Assembly (NCBI GenBank): GCA_951406725.2
Contig: OX597825.1
Location: 30,752,001-30,816,000, forward strand
Direction of reading: 5' to 3'
Length of the DNA: 64,000 nucleotides
From: Octopus vulgaris
Lineage: Eukaryota
The notes under the pieces are model-generated. The model did no database searches and was not told where the DNA came from. It saw only the letters and a program-made list of their open reading frames with translations. Shown one piece after another: positions 40,623-51,823 of this stretch. The position numbers and the translations under genes are program-made. Position 1 is the stretch's first letter, and each line of letters starts with the position of its first letter.

Positions 40623-42402
40623 CAGGGTTTATAAGATATTTGAGGACAGATTTATGTTTATAAAAAACATATATTATAACAGATAATAACTTTATTTATC
40701 AAAAAATGCTATGAGGATAAAAATAAACATTTTCTAGAATATTATTCAATAAAATCAAAATCAAAATCAAACCAAATCAAAATAGATGAACATCGATGGA
40801 ATTTGTATCTTTGTGGTACCAGTGCTGGTGGCACATAAGAAAACCATCCGAACGTGGCCGTAGTCAGTACCGCATCGACTGGCCTCCGTGCTGTGGGCAC
40901 GTAACAAACACCATCCGATCGTGGCCGTTCGCCAGCCTCGTCTGGCGCCTGTGTCGGTGGCACATAAAAAACACCATCCGAGCGTGGCCATCTGCCAGCC
41001 TCGTCTGGCACCTGTGTTGGTGGCACATAAAAAACACCATCCGAGCGTGGCCGTTCGCCAGCCTTGTCTGGCACCTGTGTCGGTGGCACATAAAATCACC
41101 CACTACACTCTCGGAGTGGTTGGCGTTAGGAAGGGCATCCAGCTGTAGAAACACTGCCAGATCCGACTGGGCCTGGTGCAGCCTTCGGGCTCCCCAGACC
41201 CCAGTTGAACCGTCCAACCCATGCTAGCATGGAAAGCGGACGTTAAATGATGATGATGATGATGATGAAAGCCGCCTTCAGCTTCAACAACTGGTTCTAT
41301 ATGAGATCTAAATCATCTACATGCTCGAATCAAGTGGTCCTGGTTCATTTTGGACATTACTCTGACTATAGCAGCTTTCAAAGAATCTTTGATGTTATGG
41401 GTGTGTTCATTGACCTTTCTCTCAGCACCGCTCCACATTTAATAGTCCAAAGGATTGAGATCTGGGCAATTTGGAGGCCAAATGTTTGGGGTTATGTGAT
41501 TATGAAATTTTCAGCCATCCATTCCTATGTTACTAGAGTTATGTGTGGTAGTACAGAGTCTTACTGAAACACATATGGCATTCTATTGCATACACTGTGT
41601 ATCCAGGGCTTAATTATTTTCAGGACCTCACTGTAGGCAGCAGAGTTAACTCTAAGGTCTTGTGGAAAAAAGTAAGGAGGCATCACATGTCCTTCATTGC
41701 TGACAAACCCTAAAACCATGACAGTTGCAGGAAATTTTGTATGCATAACATTTGGGACTTTAGAAATGTCTGCACATAATCATCTGTCATTTCTTCTGTT
41801 GACATTTTGATCTTGGTCAAAGTTTTTCTCATTTGAGAAAAACTGATTCAAATCTTCTGCTGGATTTTTCAGTTTGTTTAAGAACATTTTAGATCTGATG
41901 TAGTGATTTTCTTTTGCTTTTTTTTCACAAATTGACCTTCTCTCATCATATAACGCTTATATCTGATGTCTTCATGGACAAAATTTCTGACTGTTCCTTC
42001 TGACACATGGAAATCTTTTGCAAATGACCTCTTGGACTTTCTGGGATTGTAATCTTTTGCAATTGACCTCTTGGACTTTCTGGGATTGTAATCAATGATC
42101 TGTTGAACTTGCTGGATAAATTCAGGTATTCTGAAGATTTCAGAGTATTTAGAATGCTTTTTATGCTCTTGTAGTGGTGATATGTTTCCATCTTCAATCT
42201 CTAGCTCCCTAGAAACTTTGTAGATGAAAGATCTAACAATTTTTAAAAATCGAGATATTTGTATATCAGCATGCCTCTTCATTTCTTGAGTAAACTGAGG
42301 GTCAGCCATTTTTATTTTCTGAAACAAAGATTATACAGAGTTAGCAAAAAGTGCAGCAATGACCCCAAAAAGGGTATGTCCTCAAATACCTTACACACCC
42401 TG
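40623..42402 (-). mobile_element. Decayed DD37D (maT-type) transposon with both TIRs
   Basis: TIRs cagggtttataagatatttgaggaca / cagggtgtgtaaggtatttgaggaca. Motifs FSNEKNF, KFPATVMVLG, FQ*DS...WPPNCPDLNPLDY give 37 residues between the last two Asp after correcting one frameshift. C-terminus AEGGFIE*. Confidence 0.85.
40750..41268 (+). mobile_element. Young family F SINE with (CAAAAT)n head, four ~63-bp internal repeats and (GAT)n tail, inserted in the last codons of the maT transposase
   Basis: caccatccga recurs at 40909, 40972 and 41035 (period 63); CpG-rich. Confidence 0.9.
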
Positions 42403-42822
42403 TGTATGTATATATATATATATGTATATATGTTGAAGGAAAGAAAATGGAGAAAAAATGGATGTAAGAATAATTTATTTGTATGATATAAAGATGCTGA
42501 AATATTTTAAAAACATGACAATACAAATAAATTATAAATTGTAAAGCTCAAAGAATGTGAAAAAACCTACATATATGTTTCAGTACTAACCCCTAGTTGA
42601 TATGCAATTCTAAGCATTTGTTTAAATGCTAAGAAATGTATCAGTTTCTAACTATATGGGGCAGAACTTCTACAGTGTTATTATGAGCTTACAGAACTAA
42701 GGTTAACATTTTCCCTTTGAAGGATGCACACAGAATATGACTTTAGCATTATATGGTAGTAATTAACCTGTGGAATCTTTAGGATTATATAATCCCTAAT
42801 GTGAATCTAACTTCCTCGAATT

Positions 42823-42864
<42 letters not shown>

Positions 42865-42919
42865 ACACACACAGACACACATACACACACACACACACAT
42901 ATTCATACATATACACATA

Positions 42920-43220
42920 GCTTTGAGATTAGGGTAGTCAGTTCAAGATTGTTAATTTTGAGTTTGATATCCAGCAGTGCATTGTATCCTTGAGCAAGGC
43001 ACTTTATTTCAAATTGCTCCAGTTCACTCGGCAGGCAAAAATCAGTAGTACATAGAATTCAAAAGGAGCCAGCCTTGTCACATTTTGTGTCATGCTGAAT
43101 CAGCCTGGAAACTACATTAAGGCTATGCATGTCTCAGTCACATGCACATTAATTCCATGTGCAAGCTGTTCCATTAATTGAATCTACTGGAATCCTCAAT
43201 GTCATAACCAATATTGTGCC
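42920..43220 (+). mobile_element. Old CORE-type SINE (family C-related)
   Basis: tccttgagcaaggcactttatttc...gccagccttgtcaca, shared with the copies at 52040 and 63070. Confidence 0.65.
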
Positions 43221-43235
43221 TGTTTACACACATAT

Positions 43236-43271
<36 letters not shown>

Positions 43272-43451
43272 GGGCTTAGTAAAATAAATTACTTTGCCAC
43301 ATACTGAACTTAGTAGAAATAGCAGCCAAAAAAAAAATTTTTTTAGCCATTTCTACTACTTAAAGAAAATTTCTCTCAGATACTGTTTACTCCAGACAGC
43401 TCACGAAGGTTTGGAGGTAAATACAGAAAAATATCACAAGTACATAGATCG

Positions 43452-43514
43452 TTTGAGTACGTCAACGTTTCAAGATTAGCCAAATAAAATCAGCATTTCT
43501 TTCGTCAGCTCAAA
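43452..43514 (-). ncRNA. Type I hammerhead ribozyme
   Basis: Minus strand: UUUGAG-CUGACGA-AAGA..UCUU-GAAA-CG-UUGA-CG-UA-CUCAAA. Stems I, II and III all pair; cleavage triplet GUA. Confidence 0.8.
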
Positions 43515-44096
43515 ATTTCTTAATTTGGATTTGGAAACACTAAAAAGAAGGAACTTTACCTATCGGCGAACTTGTCGCTTCAGATGAACCAGCTCCAAGT
43601 GCCAGTGCCAACAAATTCAAAATGCGCAGGCGTAAATTTCTGCACTCCTCTTCCACCCACGTGGTCTATCTAGCAAACATTATATTTTAACCGCGAGAAC
43701 CGAGGCAGTATGACAGAGAGAAATGAATTATAATATCAACAATTGAGGGTAAAATTAATTAATCAATTTCACCAAGTGTTCAGTATGTAAAAGGACCATT
43801 TAAGGCGAATTCAAAATATTACATTATATAATTAGGGCTTAGTAAAATAAATTACTTTGCCACATACTGAACTTAGTAGAAATAGCAGCCAAAAAAATTT
43901 TTTTAACCATTTCCACTACTTAAAGAAAATTTCTCTCAGATAATGTTTACTCCAGTGGAAGAGGAGTGCAGAAATTTACGCCTGCGCATTTTGAATTTGT
44001 TGGCACTGGCACTTGGAGCTGGTTCATCTGAAGCGACAAGTTCGCCGATAGGTAAAGTTCCTTCTTTTTAGTGTTTCCAAATCCAAATTAAGAAAT

Positions 44097-44159
44097 TTTG
44101 AGCTGACGAAAGAAATGCTGATTTTATTTGACTAATCTTGAAACGTTGACGTACTCAAA
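44097..44159 (+). ncRNA. Type I hammerhead ribozyme (second copy)
   Basis: tttgag 44097-102 pairs with ctcaaa 44154-59; CTGACGA 44103-09; stem II aaga/tctt; GAAA 44140-43; predicted cleavage after A44153. Confidence 0.8.
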
Positions 44160-44494
44160 CGATCTATGTACTTGTGATATTTTTCTGTATTTATCTCCAA
44201 ACCTTCGTGAGCTGTCTGGAGTAAACATTATCTGAGAGAAATTTTCTTTAAGTAGTGGAAATGGCTAAAAAAATTTTGTTTGGCTGCTATTTCTACTAAG
44301 TTCAGTATTTTACTAAGCCCTAATTATATAATGTAATATTTTGAATTCGCCTTAAATGGTCCTTTTACATACTGAACACTTGGTGAAATTGATTAATTAA
44401 TTTTACCCTCAATTGTTGATTATATATATATATATATGTACATATTTATATATATATATATATATATACATATTTATATATATATATATATATT

Positions 44495-44795
44495 TAGGCA
44501 GGCAATTTAAACTGGTCGTGTGCATATGTGCATATATATGTATTTATACTTCCCTACATACATATTTGTATTTTATGTGCTATCTGAGTATATTCCACTG
44601 ATGAAGGCAGACCATTTCTTATGCAGAGCCAGAAATCCGGGATCTGGAATTATCCAGTAATTTTTTGCTAGTTTATTTTGTCTTTTTGTCTTCTCTCCTG
44701 GTGCTGTATGAACATTTAATGTCATTTTAGAGTCAAGTTTTGGCTGCTATTTCCAGCATGGTAGCATCTCTTACATACCCTAAATTATAATTTTA
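44495..44795 (+). mobile_element. Second, different TA-embedded HHR-bearing element
   Basis: ~300 bp between (TA)n arrays; contains an HHR and shares tttggctgctatttc and ccctaa..tata motifs with the 43266 element. Confidence 0.7.
44592..44650 (+). ncRNA. Type I (minimal) hammerhead ribozyme
   Basis: attcca-CTGATGA-aggc..gcca-GAAA-tccggga-TC-tggaat. Stem I is 6 bp, stem III is the near-palindrome atccgggat, and the cleavage triplet is AUC. Confidence 0.7.
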
Positions 44796-44796
44796 A

Positions 44797-44844
<48 letters not shown>

Positions 44845-44849
<5 letters not shown>

Positions 44850-45286
44850 TGTTTGGCATCCTTTCTGTCTCGGGAGACAATGGAGTTGCGCATTTTTTTT
44901 TTTTTTTTTCTAAGTCTAGTCCGGCTGTTATATTTTATTTCCTGTTACATTTCTTGCTGTGGCTGTGTAGTCCTATCCTGGACAAACACTCCCTCTGGCA
45001 GGTACTGCAAATGTAGCGAAGACTGTTCCTGACTGGTTGTAGTGCCATGGTCTCTTGTTTATGTCTCTTCCTTTCTTTCCATTTCTCCTCTCTCTTTCTG
45101 TCACTACTCTGTATACCCTCTTTTACTGTACGTCGCCATTCTCCACGGTTGCCGGCGACTGCCTCCCAACCGCTAATGTTGATGTTGCAGGCCTTCATAT
45201 CCCTTTTGCAAACATCCTTGTAACGTAAGATCGGTCTACCCACAGACCTAGTACCCCTAGCAAGCTCTCCGTAGAGTATGTCCTTG

Positions 45287-45292
<6 letters not shown>
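44845..45292 (-). mobile_element. 5'-truncated RTE-clade LINE with stop-free C-terminal ORF remnant and (CAAA)n tail, inserted in (TA)n
   Basis: Reads [33 protein letters not shown]...W...[23 protein letters not shown], then a short 3' UTR ending gatgccaaacaaacaa. Confidence 0.9.
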
Positions 45293-45340
<48 letters not shown>

Positions 45341-45794
45341 CATACATATATATATATATATACATATATATATGTATATATATGTATGTGTATGTATGTA
45401 TATATATTTGTGTGTGTATGTATATATATATGTGTGTGTGTGTGTGTATGTGTGTGTGCATGTATACTCTTGTCATAACATCATATAACTGTTGTAAAAG
45501 AAAATTACAAACACATTAACATTGTTATTCATTTCCCATCTTCCATAAAACCATTTTCTGGCCAGGGGGGAACATTTCCAGGGGAGCTGGGGAGGTGATG
45601 ATTGGCAACACAGAAAAACTGTCTCCACAAATTCTATCTGATTCATGCAAGCATGACAAAGTGGACCGTAAAACGATGATGATGACGAGGAGGATGACAG
45701 GGTAGGGGAGGCAGAAGGGGAGGACAGAGGAGGTACATTCTCCTCTTCCTGTCACTACCCACTCAGTTCTGAAGTCAGAGTGGAATCAATTTCT

Positions 45795-46196
45795 TATTTC
45801 TTTATTGCCCACAAGGGGCTAAACACAGAGGGGACAACAAGGACAAACAAAGGGAGTAAGTCGACTACATCGACCCCGGTGCGTAACTGGTACTTAATTT
45901 ATCGATCCCGAAAGGATGAAAGGTAAAGTCGACCTCAGCAGAATATGAACTCAGAATGTAGCAGCAGACGAAATACCTGTTTTTTTACTACCCACAAGGG
46001 GCTAAACACAGAGAGGACAAACCAGGATAGACAAACGGATTAAGTCGATTACATCGACACCAGTGTGTAACTGGTACTTAATTTATCGAAAGGTAAAGTC
46101 GACCTCAGCAGAATTTGAACTCAGAACGTAGCGGCAGATGAAATACCGCTAAGCATTTCGCCCGGCATGCTAACGATTCTGCCAGCTCCACTGCCT
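45795..46196 (-). mobile_element. Tandem pair of SINE family A copies
   Basis: Two consecutive cccacaaggggctaaacacagag...gacgaaatacc modules; only the right one retains the head. Confidence 0.85.
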
Positions 46197-47579
46197 TCTG
46201 CAGAGTGGAACCTATTTCTTACCAGACACTCAAACTGCAACAAGCCTCAGAGTGTCTTGTCTGGAAGCACAACACAATTACAGACTTCTCATACAGTTGA
46301 GGCCGGCTAACACAAAAACCTACTTGAATTTCTTCAAATTTGTGTGATTTTTATCAGTAGTAGTAGTAGTAGTATTTGTCATCTTGTTGTTGTTGGTGGT
46401 GGTTGTGGTGATGGTGGTGGTGGTGCTTGTGGTGGTTAGATTTAAACTTTCTGTGCTAGTGATCAGTTAAAGTTAAGTAGACTAGCTCGTTTACCCAAAC
46501 AACAAATGTGTTTCAAACGATTTATAAAAAAAAGAAAACAGAAATCTAAAATGACTCCCTTGTTGATCTGAATAGCTACTCAGAAGCTTTCACTATCATA
46601 TACTTTATTATATGTCATAAATTACTGTGATTCATTTTGTTCAATGTTTTCTGCCAAACAAAAAAAAAAAAAAAAGAAAGAAAAAAAAAAGAGATAAATA
46701 AATAAATAAATAAAAAATAAAACATAGCACAAACAAAAATTAACCCGATGTGTTGGTGCTATTCTTCAATTCGCCGCCTCGTCATGTCAGACAAGATGGT
46801 GTTTTCATTGTTTAGTGCGTGTTTTTAATGTTTGTTTATTTATGTTTGTGCAGCAAAGACAACTTGATCAAAATAAACAATTTTTATTGCTCAAACTAAT
46901 ATTACATTCAAACCTAATACCACATTCTCAGATATTTAAGACTTATATACCAATACATCAACATTTTTTTTTCCTTATTTTTTTTATTCACTTTTTGTGT
47001 TGTTATTTAATTTTTATTTATTTTTTTTGGTTGGTTTTTTTCTCCCTTAAAATTTCTTGCTGGGACCTTTTGTGCATAATAATTTCTGATTTTTAACTAT
47101 ATTTTATGTTTTGTTTCAGACATTTGTTAGCTTTCATTTAAATCAGTTGTCATCTTTTGTTCTGTTTTTATAGAATGTTTAGCTGTCATTTTCACCATTG
47201 TTCTAAAAGTTATAATACTTATTTATAAGAAATTTCACTAAATTGAATATTACATAATAATCTTAATAACAAAATTGCCTGTGGACATCAAGCAATCATG
47301 TCCAGACCAATGAGGAAACTCAAGCTCTCAAAGCAATATACAACCACATGCTTCAATCCAGTGCACCAAAATACAGTTTCTGCAACAAGCAACACACATG
47401 CTTAGATTCCTTTATGATCTTTATGATCAGCCACAGCTGACCAGCAGAAACGTGAATATTGGACATGTTTCCCATCAACATAGTATGCTGGTCCATATCG
47501 TGGTGCATGATGGCAAAACACATTTAGAGAATTCTCTTAAGTGTAGTTAGTGTCCAAATTTTTTACTCTATACATACCT

Positions 47580-47809
47580 GTTTATTTACTATCCACAAGG
47601 GGCTAAACACAGAGAGGACAAACAAGGACAGACAAACAGATTAAGTCGCTTGTATCGACCCCAGTGCATAACTGGTACTTATTTAATCGACCCTGAAAGG
47701 ATGAAAGGCAAAGTTGACCTTGACGGAATTTGAACTCAGAATGTAGCAGCAGACGAAATACCGCTAAGCATTTTGCCTGGTGTGCTAACGATTCTGCCAG
47801 TTCGCTGCC
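47580..47809 (-). mobile_element. SINE family A
   Basis: Reverse-complement match. Confidence 0.85.
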
Positions 47810-48429
47810 TATACATACCACCACTGTTATCATCACCACCACCATCATCATCATTATCATCATTATTATCCTCGTCGTCATCATCATCATCATCATCATA
47901 CTTTCATGTCTACCTTTTCATGCTTTCATGCATCAGATGGAATTCTTTAAGGCAGGTTTTCTATGGTTGGATGTCCTTCCTGTTGCTACACCTCCCGTGT
48001 TTCAAAGCAAGGAAATATTATCCCATGGCTAGGCATGTTTTCCTGGAAGATTGATAAAAAATTTGCACTTCTAAAAGGAACACTATGATGGGGAGACACA
48101 CACGTGTGCACAAGACAGTACATACACACATCTACGGACATATATACCCTCACAAATACAAACACTTAAAGTCTTGCCACCTGAGTATAATTTTCCTTCT
48201 CTAGTGAGCTGTAATAAGGCTGAAACATGGCTATTTTATACAGTATTTGGTTTAAAGAAATGAGCCACTTCAGTCTGTATTGCCTATATTTCCCAGATAT
48301 TTCATTTGGTTTGATATTATTTAAGGGAATTCCTTAGCTTTTAGAGTTTAAACACTCTTAGAGAAAATATTTTCTATAAATTGCATGGTAAAAAAAAACA
48401 AATACCCTGTGTAGGCTAGTCAAAAAGCC

Positions 48430-48880
48430 AAACTCATCTTCAATTCAGTTTACGTGCTTACCCTCATCTATAGTTTTAAATGTTGAGTAATGAGCGAAAG
48501 AATGTGATTGCAAATACAAACAGCCAAAATGGTGTTCCTCCAAAGGATCTCTGGAATAAAGTTACTCAACAGAGTGCACAGCTCAGAAGTCCGGAAGTTT
48601 CTCCAGGTTGAGCTGCTACTTCTTTGCATTAACAGGTTACATCACTGCTACTACAGACATGAAATTAGAATGTCATATGAAAAAAAACCCAAGACAGATT
48701 CTTCAAGCTAAGCCAACAGGCAGGACACCTAGAAGGAGACTAAGAACAAGGTGCTTGGATAATAATCTATAGTTTCAGTTGGTCATGCTTGGAAATCCAG
48801 TCAGGAAGTATAATGATGGCTGTTTCTGACTGGACTCAGCAGGGAAAGATCTTGAGGACTCTTGACTCTTCCAGGAATAG
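48430..48880 (+). mobile_element. Decayed RTE LINE 3' fragment
   Basis: Reads IQTAKMVFLQRISGIKLLNRVHSSEVRKFLQVE...RMSYE, followed by a GR.RTR.LD-like remnant. Confidence 0.7.
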
Positions 48881-49590
48881 CACACGGAGAAAATGGATAA
48901 ATGGAATCTCCATCGATCAAAATTTTATCAACACGTCGTATTACATATGATACTCTGTTTTCAACTACTTGCACATAACACTAAGCTTCAGATTTTAGAG
49001 TCAAGAAAGGGAAAATTAGAAATTTGGTTCACTGGAAACTTGATTCTCATTCTTCCAGTATAGACGTTTTCCACCTCTTGTCTGTTTATAATCTTAATAG
49101 TGTAGTTGAGTTTGCTGCAAGGAGACACTACTGAGTGGCATAAAATTTGCCATTGAAAGCAATTACAGAATGGTAAATTTGAACAATCAACTGGTTTATT
49201 GTTCATTTGTTTCCAGAGGAACTCTTACCTGTAATAAGCTGAACACCTATGAAGAATAATATTTCTGACTCATCTGTTGAATACCACAGAAATTAGAGAT
49301 AGTATAGGAAAGGAGGAAAGAGTAATTCTGTTGAAACTTTCCAAAATCAGTGAGGTCTCAAGTAGAATACCATTGAGGGCCAAATTGCAAGTAGGTACTT
49401 TGGAATGGTGGAATTCATCATTTTAAACAATATTAGAACTGTGAATTTAATTAGCTTACTTTTAAGCTGGCAGCTTGTGAAGGATGAACTTTGTTCATCT
49501 GACCAAGAAAGGAACAAGATATTAGTTCTGACATCAACAATATATACATATATATATATTGGAAGGTTTGGACATGATGTACAGGTATTT

Positions 49591-49851
49591 TATATTAGAA
49601 GAAATGAGGTACTCAGAAATTCGGATGGTTTTATATTTACAGATATTTATTTGTATATTACATGTTTTTATACATCATATAACTTAGATCATGTATTAGG
49701 GCTTTCGCCCATTCTAGTGGGGTTTTCAAATCAAACTTAGCACTAATACATGATCTAAATCATATGATTTATAAAAACAGGTAATATACAAATAAATATC
49801 TGTAAATATAAAACCAGCCGAATTTCTGAGTATCTCATTTCTTCTAATATA
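49591..49851. repeat. Inverted repeat with 109-bp arms and a 43-bp spacer
   Basis: 49591-49699 versus the reverse complement of 49743-49851: 6 mismatches by eye. Confidence 0.95.
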
Positions 49852-49857
49852 CACACA

Positions 49858-49891
<34 letters not shown>

Positions 49892-50384
49892 TAAATAAAT
49901 TGGTTGTTAGAGAGATTGATTGATAGATACACACACAGACACATGCACACATGCACACACACAAATACAGTCAAAATGTGAAATCTGGAGATGCTCACTA
50001 TGAAAGTCGCATAATAGTGCTCAAATGAATTGAACCTAAATTTTGAAATCTTTATCAAGGACCAGATCCACAGGGTAAAGAATGGCTATAAGAGAAATCC
50101 AGATGAGTTGATATGGAGATAGTGACACAGATCAACACAATTAGGGTTGATATATAAATAAACATTCATATACACAAATAGATGTATATAGGGATATACA
50201 TAGCCACAAAGACTAAATATATTCAAATGATGAGCATGCATGTACAAGCATACCGATATTTGTATATATTAATAAATAAATTTACTTTCACATGAATTTT
50301 AAAAAATTCAGAAGACTATGTGGAGAACGCATAGCTTTTTAACTTGACAGCTGTTTCTGAGAGCTTGGAATTATGTAATAGTTG

Positions 50385-50423
<39 letters not shown>

Positions 50424-50792
50424 CCATGAAACACATGTTGTTATTCTACCAAATGTATACGCTTTATTTACTCTTTTGCACATTACTTAAAAATTGTTAT
50501 GTTTTATATTATATTTAATCTTTCTATAATATGTAATTTTTCTAAATGGTATAATTTAATTTTTCATTATTGAATTGATAAAAGGTGGTTTTTTTCTAAT
50601 TTATATATATATATATATTATATTTTGTGAAATTTGATTTAGTATTTCTAAATTGAATTTTTCCCTATAAGTTTGGAATAATACTCCCTCATATTATTAT
50701 TATGATTATTATTATTATATATATATATACACATGTTTGTGTGTTCATATATATATATATATATATACACACACATATATATGTGTGTGTAT

Positions 50793-51129
50793 AGGAGTGG
50801 CTGTGTGGTAAGTAGCTTGCTAACCAACCACATGGTTCTGGGTTCAGTCCCACTGCGTGGCATCTTGGGTAAGTGTCTTCTGCTATAGCCCCGGGCCGAC
50901 CAAAGCCTTGTGAGTGGATTTGGTAGACGGAAACTGAAAGAAGCCTGTCGTATATATATGTATATATATATATGTGTGTGTGTGTGTCTGTGTTTGTACC
51001 CCTAGCATTGCTTGACAACCGATGCTGGTATGCTTACATCCCCGTCACTTAGCGGTTTGGCAAAAGAGACCGATAGAATAAGTACTGGGCTTACAAAGAA
51101 TAAGTCCCGGGTCGATTTGCTCAACTAAG
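50793..51129 (+). mobile_element. SINE family B, 3'-truncated
   Basis: Head aggagtggctgtgtggtaagtagc through gatttgctcaactaa. Confidence 0.9.
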
Positions 51130-51823
51130 TGTGTGTATATATATATATATAATTAAATTAGACAGCTGTTTAGCAATGTATCACCAAAAAGGAAAACTAC
51201 AACTGTCATTAAATATGACAGGCTGTTAGAATACCTCATAGGTGTTCTAGCACCCTCTGTCAGATTTAATGATAAATATATGTGTCTATGTGTGTGTGTG
51301 TGTGTGATATGTATATGTCTGTGTGGATGTGAGTGTTTATGTGAGTGGACTTGTATTTCACTGGTATCCTCTGGTTTTTAAACAAATGACTAATCCAATT
51401 CCTGTTGTTTGTTTCCATTTCACTACATAAAGCACATCTGGATTGTTTGTTGTTTGATTGGCTGGAAGATTATAGCTTTCCTTGGAAACAAACAGATGTT
51501 GGTGAAAAGCAGAGCATCCAGCCATCAAAACTATACCACAACATACTCTCATTTGGCACATGGAAAAGTTATTGTTAAAAACAATGACACTGGTATATAT
51601 TTTATCAACCCCACTGGGATGAAAGACAAAGTCAGCTCCAACAGAATTTGAACTCAAAACATAAAGTGACATAACTAAATACTAAATCAACCAATCCAAC
51701 ACACTAGTAATTTAGTATTGGTTGCAAAATAGCCCCAAAATTTCAGAACTAAAACATTTAATGCCAATCTGCATAACTTTTTCCTAAATTATTCCATTAA
51801 TTATAATGTCTATCAGACATCTG

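Larger units (their letters stand above)
43266..44420. mobile_element. HHR-bearing non-coding retroelement (PLE pseudo-LTR / retrozyme-like): 563-bp unit, tandem partial repeat and inverted permuted copy
   Basis: agggcttagtaaaataaattac occurs at 43271 and 43834. 43955-44420 is the reverse complement of 43735-43830 joined to 43266-43656. Flanked by (TA)n. Confidence 0.85.

Noticed and set aside
40820-41095. Regularly spaced repeats resembling a CRISPR array, with overlapping 86-143 aa ORFs
   Set aside because: Whole 63-bp units repeat with no unique spacers, there are no cas genes, and the context is a eukaryotic SINE.
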